64,000 bases of DNA from IMG/VR virus record IMGVR_UViG_3300005046_000005, positions 1,745 through 65,744 of that record; one strand, 5' to 3'. Made by a program: the position numbers and the translations under genes. Shown one piece after another: positions 1-8,360 of this stretch (position 1 is the stretch's first letter; every line of letters begins with the position of its first letter). Source of the DNA: a virus. Its lineage: Duplodnaviria; Caudoviricetes. The notes under the pieces were generated by a model. That model searched no databases. It was not told the origin of the DNA and worked only from the letters and a program-made list of their open reading frames with translations.

Positions 1-406
1 ATATACATTTTAGAACCTTCACTTTTAAAGATTAACGGCTGTTTTCATTTGAGAACTTTAATTCAGCTAATAAAGCTGCATCATTTTTAATAAACTGCAC
101 TTGTCCTTTGGTTTGATTGTTTACTTGATGAATCGCTATGCACCTAAGCGGCTTAGGTTGTTTGTCTTTCGATCTATCAAAAGTCTATTCGTACAAAACG
201 CTGTAAGCGATTGGAATTAAAAGCAATCCATCTATAAACAATCTTAGTTTTGAGTCTTATATGGTAACTCACCAGCCTAGGCTAGTAATTCGACAACGGA
301 CTTTGCAACTTTTCACAGTAAGGCTGTGACATTATGCTTTGATACTCACCCGCTAGGGCTTTCATAACCAGTAACCTAGAACAGCTTTTCCGTTGTTCTT
401 TGGTAT
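1..406 (-). ncRNA. Candidate large structured ncRNA, 3' end outside the window
   Basis: No ORF >=60 aa. Nested complementary segments 115-123/235-243 (9 bp), 131-137/207-213 (7 bp) and 293-300/389-396 (8 bp). Hairpins or palindromes at 142-158, 271-286 and 313-329. Promoter immediately upstream. Confidence 0.5.
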
Positions 407-412
407 GAATGC

Positions 413-441
413 AGTATATGGAATATGGTAATTAAAAGCAA
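413..441 (-). promoter_or_regulatory. sigma70-like promoter TTGCTT-17-TATACT pointing into the ORF-free structured region
   Basis: Reverse complement of 413-441 read directly. Confidence 0.6.
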
Positions 442-630
442 GCAATCTATTTAAAATAACTTGTAAATATGTCTAAGAATTTTATAAGTGTATGTTTTCA
501 AAAGAATTAAATATTCAAATTTTATTAATTATTTTCAAAATTATTTAGTCTTTAGATCAGATTCAGCCATTACTAAACTGTTTATAGCTAAAAGTAAGTT
601 AAACCTAGCTTTTATATATACGCACACGCA

Positions 631-658
631 CGTATATCAACTGGCAGTTAATTGTCAA
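631..658 (-). promoter_or_regulatory. sigma70-like promoter TTGACA-16-(TG)TATACG
   Basis: Consensus -35 with an extended -10, in an AT-rich intergenic region. Confidence 0.45.
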
Positions 659-882
659 GCTATTTGTCAATATTTTTGTAAAAATAAGGGTATTCAAAAA
701 CCCTGTAGAAAACTTATAAGAAGAATAGAATAGCAACTTTCAAAACCCCTCCCTTAAATATTTTCAAAGGCACAGGTCTGGACTCTATCAGGGTTTCGGC
801 AGAATATTTTAGAACCGACAGGTCTGGAACGAAATAACCCTCCTACAGAAAGTTCCATAGGAGGGTTTGATATTAAACTGAA

Positions 883-1722
883 TTAAAAGGCTGGGATCTC
901 TTTCATCTTAGTTAATCCAGCTTCTTCTACCTCTCGCAGCGCATCTCGGCATGTACGCAATTGCATCTTATGCTGACCGAAGAACCCAGTCGAAGGCGCA
1001 GCAATAGCATTGGAGAATAGTAAATCAAAGCTGTTATTTTTCTGCTGGACTGGAACAACTTCAAGAATGTTCCAATGATGGAAGCGCTGAAGCATTTTAG
1101 TACGGTATTTCTGCTGATAACCGTACAGATCACCTACTTGGATCAGCAAGTTCTGTTTGTTGCCAAGTTTGAACAGGCTAGTCGTCCAGATTGCAACACC
1201 ATCTGACCATGCTTGACAGATATTGTAGGCGAAGTTGTCAATGTTTAAGGTTGGTGTCTGCATTGCTATCAGCTGGAATACAAGACCACGGTGCGTAAAC
1301 TCAAACACATGCTGAACAAGCGGATTCTGTGTGTAGTTTAAGAAGGCATCATCCATAAAAGCTACATTTGCACAGGTAGGATTTAGCGGATGATTCAGCA
1401 GTTTGATCTTCATCTTCGGAAAGATTGATTCAAGTATCTTCAATGTAATCTGAGCGCTCTCTGCATTACAGCTGGCAGAAATAGGTAAATGAAAGAAGAT
1501 GTCAACATCTTTTGCTAGGGTGTTATTGAACCAGTCACGGGCAGCACCGCCTGCAATGATAGCCTTAGTATCAATACTACGAAGGGTGTCCAGAACGCCT
1601 TTAGCTAGAAACATCTGCTTCATAACAAAGCGATCTTGGTTATACGGTATTACATAAGACACATCTGGCATACCTAAAGCAACGGGTTTATGGTTTAACA
1701 AAGCTTCATTGTGCTTGTTCAT
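883..1722 (-). CDS. Class II nucleotidyltransferase (tRNA CCA-adding / poly(A) polymerase head-domain-like)
   Basis: IIAGGAARDW..TLAKDVDIFF matches the GGxxRD...DxD signature. Confidence 0.7.
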   Translation of the reverse strand: MNKHNEALLNHKPVALGMPDVSYVIPYNQDRFVMKQMFLAKGVLDTLRSIDTKAIIAGGAARDWFNNTLAKDVDIFFHLPISASCNAESAQITLKILESIFPKMKIKLLNHPLNPTCANVAFMDDAFLNYTQNPLVQHVFEFTHRGLVFQLIAMQTPTLNIDNFAYNICQAWSDGVAIWTTSLFKLGNKQNLLIQVGDLYGYQQKYRTKMLQRFHHWNILEVVPVQQKNNSFDLLFSNAIAAPSTGFFGQHKMQLRTCRDALREVEEAGLTKMKEIPAF

Positions 1723-1874
1723 GGTTTCTCCTTGGTTTATTGCAATTGTTAGCTAACATGCTTAGATAAAAGGCGCAGAAGATGTTAAATAGCTTTAAAT
1801 TCAACTATTGAAGGCAACTGCGCTTATGATTTCCAGAAAATTCGACTTTTGAAATTGAAAAGTCTATATGATTT

Positions 1875-2459
1875 TTAGGATTTTGGAGGATTTAGTGCTG
1901 AAATTTTAGATAAAAAATTAGAATCTTCAGGTAAATCTTCAACTGCTTCAACTAAAAAGTCAATCAAGCTTAAGCGGGCAACAAGATTAGCCCCTACCCA
2001 TAACGGTTCAACTGCATTTTCCTTAATTGGGTAGTTAATGTCCCCTGAAAACTCAGGCCATTGCCAGCATAATTCCTGTACCAGTCCGTAAGATACAGCA
2101 GGGTAGCTCACATGATCTGCTAATTCCTTCTTCCACTTATTACAAATGCCAAAGTTTGTGCTGCTTTGGACAGTGTAGTCTCCATTTAGAGCCTTTTCCT
2201 TAACTTGCAGTAAAGTTTTCTTCAATAACACCTTAGTTACAGGCTGCCCGACATGGTCAAACGGAGGGAAATACATCCAGTAGATGTCTTCTTCACTAAA
2301 ACCAGCTTCCTTCAGGTATAGCTTGGCGTCAGTTACACTTGGGAACAGCTTCAGAAGCCCTTCATCATCCAGCAGGTATTCGCTAGGATTGATACCGATG
2401 TTGTCAAACTTACGAGCAACACAGACTTGATTGCTATTGTTTTGCATATTGTTTTGCAT
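1875..2459 (-). CDS. Hypothetical protein; C-terminal domain paralogous to 5920..6339
   Basis: 194-aa ORF with RBS; shared FGIC..W / WP.FSG..YPI / WVG..L..RLSLID motifs. Confidence 0.75.
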   Translation of the reverse strand: MQNNMQNNSNQVCVARKFDNIGINPSEYLLDDEGLLKLFPSVTDAKLYLKEAGFSEEDIYWMYFPPFDHVGQPVTKVLLKKTLLQVKEKALNGDYTVQSSTNFGICNKWKKELADHVSYPAVSYGLVQELCWQWPEFSGDINYPIKENAVEPLWVGANLVARLSLIDFLVEAVEDLPEDSNFLSKISALNPPKS

Positions 2460-2512
2460 ATTCTTCCTTTAGATAATAAAAAGGGGCTTGCGCCCCTGTG
2501 CTTTAGTGTCGA

Positions 2513-2824
2513 TCAGTAATTGCGGTTGTCCCAGTGCAGAGCGCCGCAATCAATGCTAATAATTTGTTCAAGGTTTACGCTTTTAAACTTCTTGACAGGG
2601 TTCTTTTCATCATGATCATAAATCTTGATCAGGTGTTCAGGGTTCTTATGGCCTGTGCCTTTGATGCCTACGTGGACACCATACTGACCGCGAAGACGGC
2701 GTACACTGCCATCCGCTTTAGTGAAGTTGATGACAAAGACTTTGTTCTTAATCTGGTCTTCAATGAAAGCTTTCGCTGATTTAGCCATATCAGAAAGTTG
2801 ACTTACTTGCTCAATAGTTTGCAT
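2513..2824 (-). CDS. Hypothetical SH3/WYL-like (DUF2693-like) phage protein
   Basis: FVINFTKADGSVRRLRG motif recalled from that family. Confidence 0.5.
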   Translation of the reverse strand: MQTIEQVSQLSDMAKSAKAFIEDQIKNKVFVINFTKADGSVRRLRGQYGVHVGIKGTGHKNPEHLIKIYDHDEKNPVKKFKSVNLEQIISIDCGALHWDNRNY

Positions 2825-2893
2825 ACGTTTTGTCCTTGAATTTGGGTTTAGGTTTTCAGTTTACACTGTAATTATTCAGATTACAAGCTACTG

Positions 2894-3169
2894 TCAGACA
2901 GTAACAGCATCATTACCGTTAAACAACTCACGCAGCTCTTGCAGACGCTTCTCATTGGCCTGAGAAACCTCATCAAGCACTTGAGCTGTATGAACATGCA
3001 GGCGGAGCTTACTGCTACGGAGATTCGCCAAGAGTGAAGGCATCTCAGTCTGTTCTTGTTCAAGGACAGCAAGTTCAGCTTGCATTTGTTCTTTTGAAAC
3101 GGTTGTAACCAAGTCCTTCATATAGGCTTTAGGGCAGAAGGTTGGGGCTGGGTTGTTGTTTGAACTCAT
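2894..3169 (-). CDS. Hypothetical coiled-coil protein
   Basis: 91-aa ORF in the strand run, with RBS. Confidence 0.65.
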   Translation of the reverse strand: MSSNNNPAPTFCPKAYMKDLVTTVSKEQMQAELAVLEQEQTEMPSLLANLRSSKLRLHVHTAQVLDEVSQANEKRLQELRELFNGNDAVTV

Positions 3170-3356
3170 TGGGTGTTTCCTGTTGTTTCTTGTTGTTCCG
3201 TTTGTGTAGCGGTATTTAAACCGTTTTTTACTGCTCTGTAAAGTTATTTATCTGTTCAGTTGCATGTTTTTTAAACAATTGAATCTCAAGAAGCTGAGCT
3301 TACTGCACTCAAACAACTAAGCCCCGAACGAGTCGGGGCTATTTAAGACTAAATTA

Positions 3357-4250
3357 TTAGACAGATTGCTTTGACAGCATCTCTAGGTTATGGTAGATGT
3401 CCTTCACAAGCGCTAGACCTTCCAGAATTTCTTGAGCTATCTCCTGTGTATAAGCTTTGTTGCTGAACAGGTGAGCAAACATTGGTTCTTCACCAACCTT
3501 GAACTTTTTGAACTGAACCACTTCTTTTGTTTTACGTTCAGTCACACCGCGGTCATTGTCCATGACGTCACGGAAGTTCGCATAAGGCTTAGTGTCACCT
3601 TCATATTTCACTACACGAAGGTAGGCTTTCTCTGCTACCCCGTATAAACCTTTGTTGTAATCTAAGACGACCTGTGCAACTTCCTTCGCCGCAGACACTT
3701 CACGTTGCCATACAGCAGCAGCTTCCAGTGTATCGAATGCAGAACCGTCTTCTGCTACATATTCAATGCTTGAAGATTTCTCTGTGTACACGACAGCAGG
3801 ATCAATTACAGTCTTGTCTTCTTCAATTACAAGGCCAGTAAGTTTAGTGCCTGTGCGTTGTAAGGTGTCAAAACTGATCTCTTGGCGAGAGAACTTGCTG
3901 AGAAGCTTAATATTGTCAGGGCGGAAGCCTAGATCTGGGTTTTTCATCTCAATGATGAGGCCGCCTTTAGGTACATAGCCGTTCAGCATGAGAATAAGAG
4001 ATTTGTAGGCAATGTTTACGGCATTGAAGCCTTTACGAGCTGTAATATATACAGTGTCATTGCTTGGTTTAGGGTATTTAACATCACCCTTATCTATGAT
4101 GTAGCCTTTAGTTGAAACTTCCAAGCCATTTACACCGTCAATAGTGTAAACAAACTCGTTTCCGTTGAAGCCGTAGTTGACTTTAGCCCCTTTAAGAAGC
4201 ATGTCTTTGATGTTTTTGTTCTTAGCAACAGTGTTAGTAGAATTAGTCAT
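3357..4250 (-). CDS. Hypothetical protein, paralog of the 35197..36264 protein; possible degenerate HNH-like N-terminus
   Basis: Shared AQVVLDYN and KPYANF.DVM.N blocks; own promoter and terminator. Confidence 0.75.
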   Translation of the reverse strand: MTNSTNTVAKNKNIKDMLLKGAKVNYGFNGNEFVYTIDGVNGLEVSTKGYIIDKGDVKYPKPSNDTVYITARKGFNAVNIAYKSLILMLNGYVPKGGLIIEMKNPDLGFRPDNIKLLSKFSRQEISFDTLQRTGTKLTGLVIEEDKTVIDPAVVYTEKSSSIEYVAEDGSAFDTLEAAAVWQREVSAAKEVAQVVLDYNKGLYGVAEKAYLRVVKYEGDTKPYANFRDVMDNDRGVTERKTKEVVQFKKFKVGEEPMFAHLFSNKAYTQEIAQEILEGLALVKDIYHNLEMLSKQSV

Positions 4251-4294
4251 GGTGCAGCTCCCGTTTGATTGGATATTTATTAACCTATAACCAG

Positions 4295-4323
4295 ACTATA
4301 AAATAACCAACCAAACGTGTCAA
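4295..4323 (-). promoter_or_regulatory. sigma70-like promoter TTGACA-17-TATAGT
   Basis: Preceded by AAAAAGTTG, the same context as the promoter at 12533-12561. Confidence 0.7.
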
Positions 4324-4354
4324 CAACTTTTTAACATATTTTTAAAAATATTTA

Positions 4355-4537
4355 TTAAGGTACTACCCGAACCTCTGCATAAGCAGCGATATGTGCTATT
4401 TGCTTATCCGTATCAAAGCAGATGCTGTAAGATCCGTCTATTCTGTCAAACGTCAAGACTTCAGGAAGAAGCTCGTTTCCGTACATGATTCGGAACTTCT
4501 GGCCTTTCGTCAGCTGGTATAAAAACAACTTAGCCAT
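4355..4537 (-). CDS. Small hypothetical protein
   Basis: 60-aa ORF with RBS. Confidence 0.6.
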   Translation of the reverse strand: MAKLFLYQLTKGQKFRIMYGNELLPEVLTFDRIDGSYSICFDTDKQIAHIAAYAEVRVVP

Positions 4538-4559
4538 AACTCATATCCTTGCGACTAGC

Positions 4560-5549
4560 TTAGAGCCGCTGCAATAGAAAAGGTCGGATGAAGGTTTCAG
4601 CTGTCTTATAAAGGGCTTTATCAAAACCTTCATGATCTGGGATGATTATACCATCTCGCTTCATATCCACAAGCACATCTGCAACAAATTGCGTGGTTGC
4701 GCTGCCAATATGTTTAATCGTCAGCTCATCTGTTTTAGATTCCAAGGAAGCGAAGCGGTTATCTGTCATGTAATCCTGAGACTGAACCAAGATTTCCATT
4801 ACATCATCTGGCAAGACAACCTTTGGTTTAGGCATCTTGCTTTGCTTCTTCTCGGAGAACTTCAGTGTCTTCTTCTTAAAGTAAACACGGTCATTATCTT
4901 CATTTGGAAACCAACAAGGGATCACAGGTTCAATCACAATACCTTCAGCTTCGCGGTTGCGGAGTCCTGCAATCATGTCTGGATAGTCAGACAGCAGATT
5001 AGATTCAAACGTTTCATTCGCTTCTAAGGCTTTCTGCAAGTCCGTGTAAACACCAAGCAAAGGTACACAAGGGATGCCATGTGTGTCAAGATCAGCGCGC
5101 ATAGCTAGTTTATTAACTGGCACACCATCTAAGGCCATATCAAATGCAACCCAGTCCTGCTCTTGAGCATAGTCTACACCAGTCGCTACATTACCGCCAA
5201 ACAATTCACCCGTTACAACCAGCACATCGCAAGAGTCTGAAAGAGAACGGTACAGGTTTTCTAAGCGTGTACGGTATTTTGCTAAGACAGGGCGGAAGTT
5301 ATAGAACTTTTCCCCTTCTTCAATAAACCTGTTACGGCTTGCTGGTGTGATATTGATTGAAGAACAAAGGCCAATACCTTCCACTGCAACTTCAACTTCT
5401 TCGATCCAGAAGCTTAGGTTAGCTCCATGCACCTTTTCAGTAGCCTGCCACTGACGTTGATCGAAACCACATTCAATAGCAACCTCCAGCGGCTTTTGCT
5501 GGAAGGTGTTTACAAGAGAAGGGAAGCGGGTAAATTGCAAGGTTTTCAT
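4560..5549 (-). CDS. RNA ligase, Rnl2 family
   Basis: ATEKVHGANLSF (motif I), GELFGG, WVAFD, EGIVIEP and FKKK nucleotidyltransferase motifs. Confidence 0.9.
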   Translation of the reverse strand: MKTLQFTRFPSLVNTFQQKPLEVAIECGFDQRQWQATEKVHGANLSFWIEEVEVAVEGIGLCSSINITPASRNRFIEEGEKFYNFRPVLAKYRTRLENLYRSLSDSCDVLVVTGELFGGNVATGVDYAQEQDWVAFDMALDGVPVNKLAMRADLDTHGIPCVPLLGVYTDLQKALEANETFESNLLSDYPDMIAGLRNREAEGIVIEPVIPCWFPNEDNDRVYFKKKTLKFSEKKQSKMPKPKVVLPDDVMEILVQSQDYMTDNRFASLESKTDELTIKHIGSATTQFVADVLVDMKRDGIIIPDHEGFDKALYKTAETFIRPFLLQRL

Positions 5550-5564
5550 AAAATTTCCTATTGT

Positions 5565-5918
5565 TTAGTTTACTGCTTTAGCAGCTTTGCGTTTGTTGAT
5601 TTCTTTAGAAAAGAGCTTTTTAACTTTCTTCGCTTCTTTCACCCACTTTGAGATTTTTACTTTGGAAGCATTACCATCCCAAAGCTCGTTTGAGTCTAAA
5701 AACAGATTTCGAGTATGATCTTCAAAATAATCATTCAAACCATATAGCTGAAAATGCTGGTCTACAGCGGAAGAACTCCAATCTGTACCAGTCAACCATG
5801 CAAACATGCATGCTGTGCGACTGTGCATATTAACAGTTGCACTTTGGTTTTTAGTTTCAGCACTTTTGATCATTTGCTTTAACACTTTTCGTGTAGTTTT
5901 TAAAGCTTTAGTTTTCAT
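5565..5918 (-). CDS. Hypothetical basic protein (start moved to the ATG at 5918)
   Basis: ORF 5565..5996; the RBS-preceded internal ATG (MKTKALK) abuts the upstream stop. Confidence 0.65.
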   Translation of the reverse strand: MKTKALKTTRKVLKQMIKSAETKNQSATVNMHSRTACMFAWLTGTDWSSSAVDQHFQLYGLNDYFEDHTRNLFLDSNELWDGNASKVKISKWVKEAKKVKKLFSKEINKRKAAKAVN

Positions 5919-5919
5919 C

Positions 5920-6339
5920 TTATTTACCTTCCTTCCACTGGAAGCTAAAAACTTCTTCAGCAGTATGTGATTTAAGTTTCGCCAGAATATGATCAATCAA
6001 CGACAAACGGAGTTCTAAGGCTTCACCAACCCATTTAGGTTTATGCGTATAGTAATCAACCTTTCCTTTACCAATTGGATAAAGCGCAGCACCACTGAAC
6101 AGAGGCCAAGACGGTGCTAGTTCTAAAACCAGTGTGTAGATAGGTTCACCATCGAGAGATGCTTTAGCCCACATTCCGCAGATACCAAATTGAGCGTGAT
6201 CTGGATTTTCCTGAACGTGATCTGGATTTTCCTGAATGTGTTTAACCATATCAGAGTATTCACCGTTCAGCGCTGCTGTCTTAACGCGCTCCAAAGCTGC
6301 GATAAGGTTTTGCTTACGATCTTCTGTAATTGCTTTCAT
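5920..6339 (-). CDS. Hypothetical protein, paralog of the 1875..2459 C-terminal domain
   Basis: Shared motifs; RBS and promoter present. Confidence 0.75.
   Translation of the reverse strand: MKAITEDRKQNLIAALERVKTAALNGEYSDMVKHIQENPDHVQENPDHAQFGICGMWAKASLDGEPIYTLVLELAPSWPLFSGAALYPIGKGKVDYYTHKPKWVGEALELRLSLIDHILAKLKSHTAEEVFSFQWKEGK
6195..6236. repeat. In-frame 21-nt tandem duplication (QENPDH x2)
   Basis: cgtgatctggattttcctgaa occurs twice in tandem. Confidence 0.9.
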
Positions 6340-6364
6340 ACTTAACTCTCCTTAAGTTGAGACA

Positions 6365-6393
6365 ATATTACTAAAGGTTCTTAGCTAGTGCAA
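6365..6393 (-). promoter_or_regulatory. sigma70-like promoter TTGCAC-17-TAATAT
   Basis: Direct reading. Confidence 0.6.
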
Positions 6394-6483
6394 GCTATTT
6401 GTTAAAATAAAGGCAATAAAAAAGGATGCCGAAGCATCCTTTAGTTTCTTAAGTAAGCAGTAACATGATCACAATAAACCAAA

Positions 6484-8334
6484 TTAACCAAGCCATAAGC
6501 GATTCCGAATTGTAAACAAAGTTTCAAGATTAAAGACTTCAGAGTCTTTAAAGATCACTCGAAGCGCGCCTTGGCTTTCACTGTCACGGGTACAGCAATC
6601 AGACCAAGAAATCACCTTGTTGCCTACTGTGACAACCATTAGAAGACCGCGGGCAGACTTCTTAGAAGTGTCAGTTTTAGGTTCTTTGTAGATTGGCTTG
6701 TCTACAATGTTACCTTCAATTTCTACAATTGCATTGGTCGCTTTGATTGCCATGCCTAAGTGGTCGCGGCCTACAAGGTTCAAGCTGTAAGAACCTACAC
6801 CAAAGACAATGTTCGTGCTGGCAAAACCCTTAGCTTCCAAACGAGACAGAATCTCATGCTGGCGCTTAAGTGTAATGCCGTCACCGTAGATCATGCCGAT
6901 GTGTGAATCAAGAACCTTATAACCCAGTTCATTCACAGTACCGCCGAAGATGTCCCAAAGTGCTTCGATAGTACCTTTATGCTCTACTGAACGTTCAATT
7001 TCAGTGACAACGTGATTGTATTTTTCATACTGGTCAAGGTAATAATACTGCTTGTCATGGCGATTCCATTCAAAGTTAGTAATGCTTACATTATACAGTT
7101 TACCATTCCACTTGAAGTTCAAGCTGTGTTCGCTGTCACCGCATTCACCGTGCGGAGTGCTTTCAGCAAGGTCATCATGGATATAAGCAGATGTTGAGTT
7201 AACAAAATCATCGTAAGTAGCAGCATCTTCCAGTGAAATTTCAATGTAAGCGCTTTCTTCTGCACCGCAAATCACTTCAACTGGGTCGCCAGAGTCACCA
7301 CGGACAACAAATTTGCCATCGCGTTCCATGATTTTATCTTTCACACGCGGTAAAACAGCGCCAACCAGTGTCCAATAGTCAAAAGAGTCGCTGACGTAAG
7401 AGAAAATCCCTGTTGGGAACTTCGACAATACATAGCGGACGTACATTTCTTCTGAAATAGCAAGACCTTTCTTCAGCTTTTCAGCATAAGTTAAGATACC
7501 CATTGTAGTTACAGAGTGTTCCCCTGCACTTACAGAACCAGCTAAGACACCTGATTTGTTAGATGTTCCATAATAACGCTGAGCGTAGTCTAATGAAGGC
7601 ATGTTGTCTGTACCGCAAGACGATAACAAGAATGCACAACCATTGATTGCCGCTGACTGCCAACCTGAAGCCCCGCGTACATGGAAGTCGTGGTTCTGCC
7701 ATTCTGTACCTAACAAGTTGCCATTGGTTTTCAAGGCAAATTCATTAGTCTTCAAGCGGAAGAAGCGCGCCATTGTAGCAATGGTTAAAGGCTTCCAGAT
7801 CAAAACAGAAAGTAATGTTTCCAAATAGTTAGGAAGCCATTCAAATTCTGGAAGCGTATTGCGGATTGTCAGGAACGGACAGCCAATCGGCGCAAGCGTA
7901 CCTTCTGGCAATGCTTTGACAACGATAGGTAAATACCCAAGGTCATGCAACTTTTCAAAGTGATCGAACTTGTTCCAGCCGATGTAAGGGACGTGAACGT
8001 CTTTCATTTCCCGCATCACTTCAGATTTAAAACGGTCAAAGAAGCCAGTTTTAAACAGGTGCTGCATTTCAAGAATAGCATACTGTGTACCAAAGACAAC
8101 GTATTGATTGTCCCAAGCTGCACCAACCATGTTCTGCATGTATTTACCGAAGCGCGCAGTAAAGTTTGAGTAGATCTCTTTTACACCTTCAATTTCAAAC
8201 TCAATATGACTGACTTTGTAAGAGTCAGTTAAGAAAGTAAGCGGGTTGATTGGGCGGCCTACATCTGGGATGAAAGCGTTGTTGTTTGGGTTTTTGTAAA
8301 GTGGCGCTTCAAATACTGGGGTAAATGCGTTCAT
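6484..8334 (-). CDS. NAMPT/NadV-like protein, probably Namat of the NARP1 pathway
   Basis: LTDSYKVSH, HDFHVRG, SVSAGEHSV, VSDSFD, VRGDSGDP, IYGDGIT and VFGVGSY NAMPT-family motifs. Confidence 0.88.
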   Translation of the reverse strand: MNAFTPVFEAPLYKNPNNNAFIPDVGRPINPLTFLTDSYKVSHIEFEIEGVKEIYSNFTARFGKYMQNMVGAAWDNQYVVFGTQYAILEMQHLFKTGFFDRFKSEVMREMKDVHVPYIGWNKFDHFEKLHDLGYLPIVVKALPEGTLAPIGCPFLTIRNTLPEFEWLPNYLETLLSVLIWKPLTIATMARFFRLKTNEFALKTNGNLLGTEWQNHDFHVRGASGWQSAAINGCAFLLSSCGTDNMPSLDYAQRYYGTSNKSGVLAGSVSAGEHSVTTMGILTYAEKLKKGLAISEEMYVRYVLSKFPTGIFSYVSDSFDYWTLVGAVLPRVKDKIMERDGKFVVRGDSGDPVEVICGAEESAYIEISLEDAATYDDFVNSTSAYIHDDLAESTPHGECGDSEHSLNFKWNGKLYNVSITNFEWNRHDKQYYYLDQYEKYNHVVTEIERSVEHKGTIEALWDIFGGTVNELGYKVLDSHIGMIYGDGITLKRQHEILSRLEAKGFASTNIVFGVGSYSLNLVGRDHLGMAIKATNAIVEIEGNIVDKPIYKEPKTDTSKKSARGLLMVVTVGNKVISWSDCCTRDSESQGALRVIFKDSEVFNLETLFTIRNRLWLG

Positions 8335-8360
8335 GTAAATCTCCTTGGTTTGTTAATTGA

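Noticed and set aside
488-733. Plus-strand 81-aa ORF, and the many short antisense or overlapping ORFs in the track
   Set aside because: No RBS, atypical composition, and they lie opposite or within well-supported genes or promoter regions.
772-828. 11-nt direct repeat acaggtctgga (772-782, 818-828)
   Set aside because: Only two copies with one 35-nt gap; too little to call a CRISPR, att or pac site.
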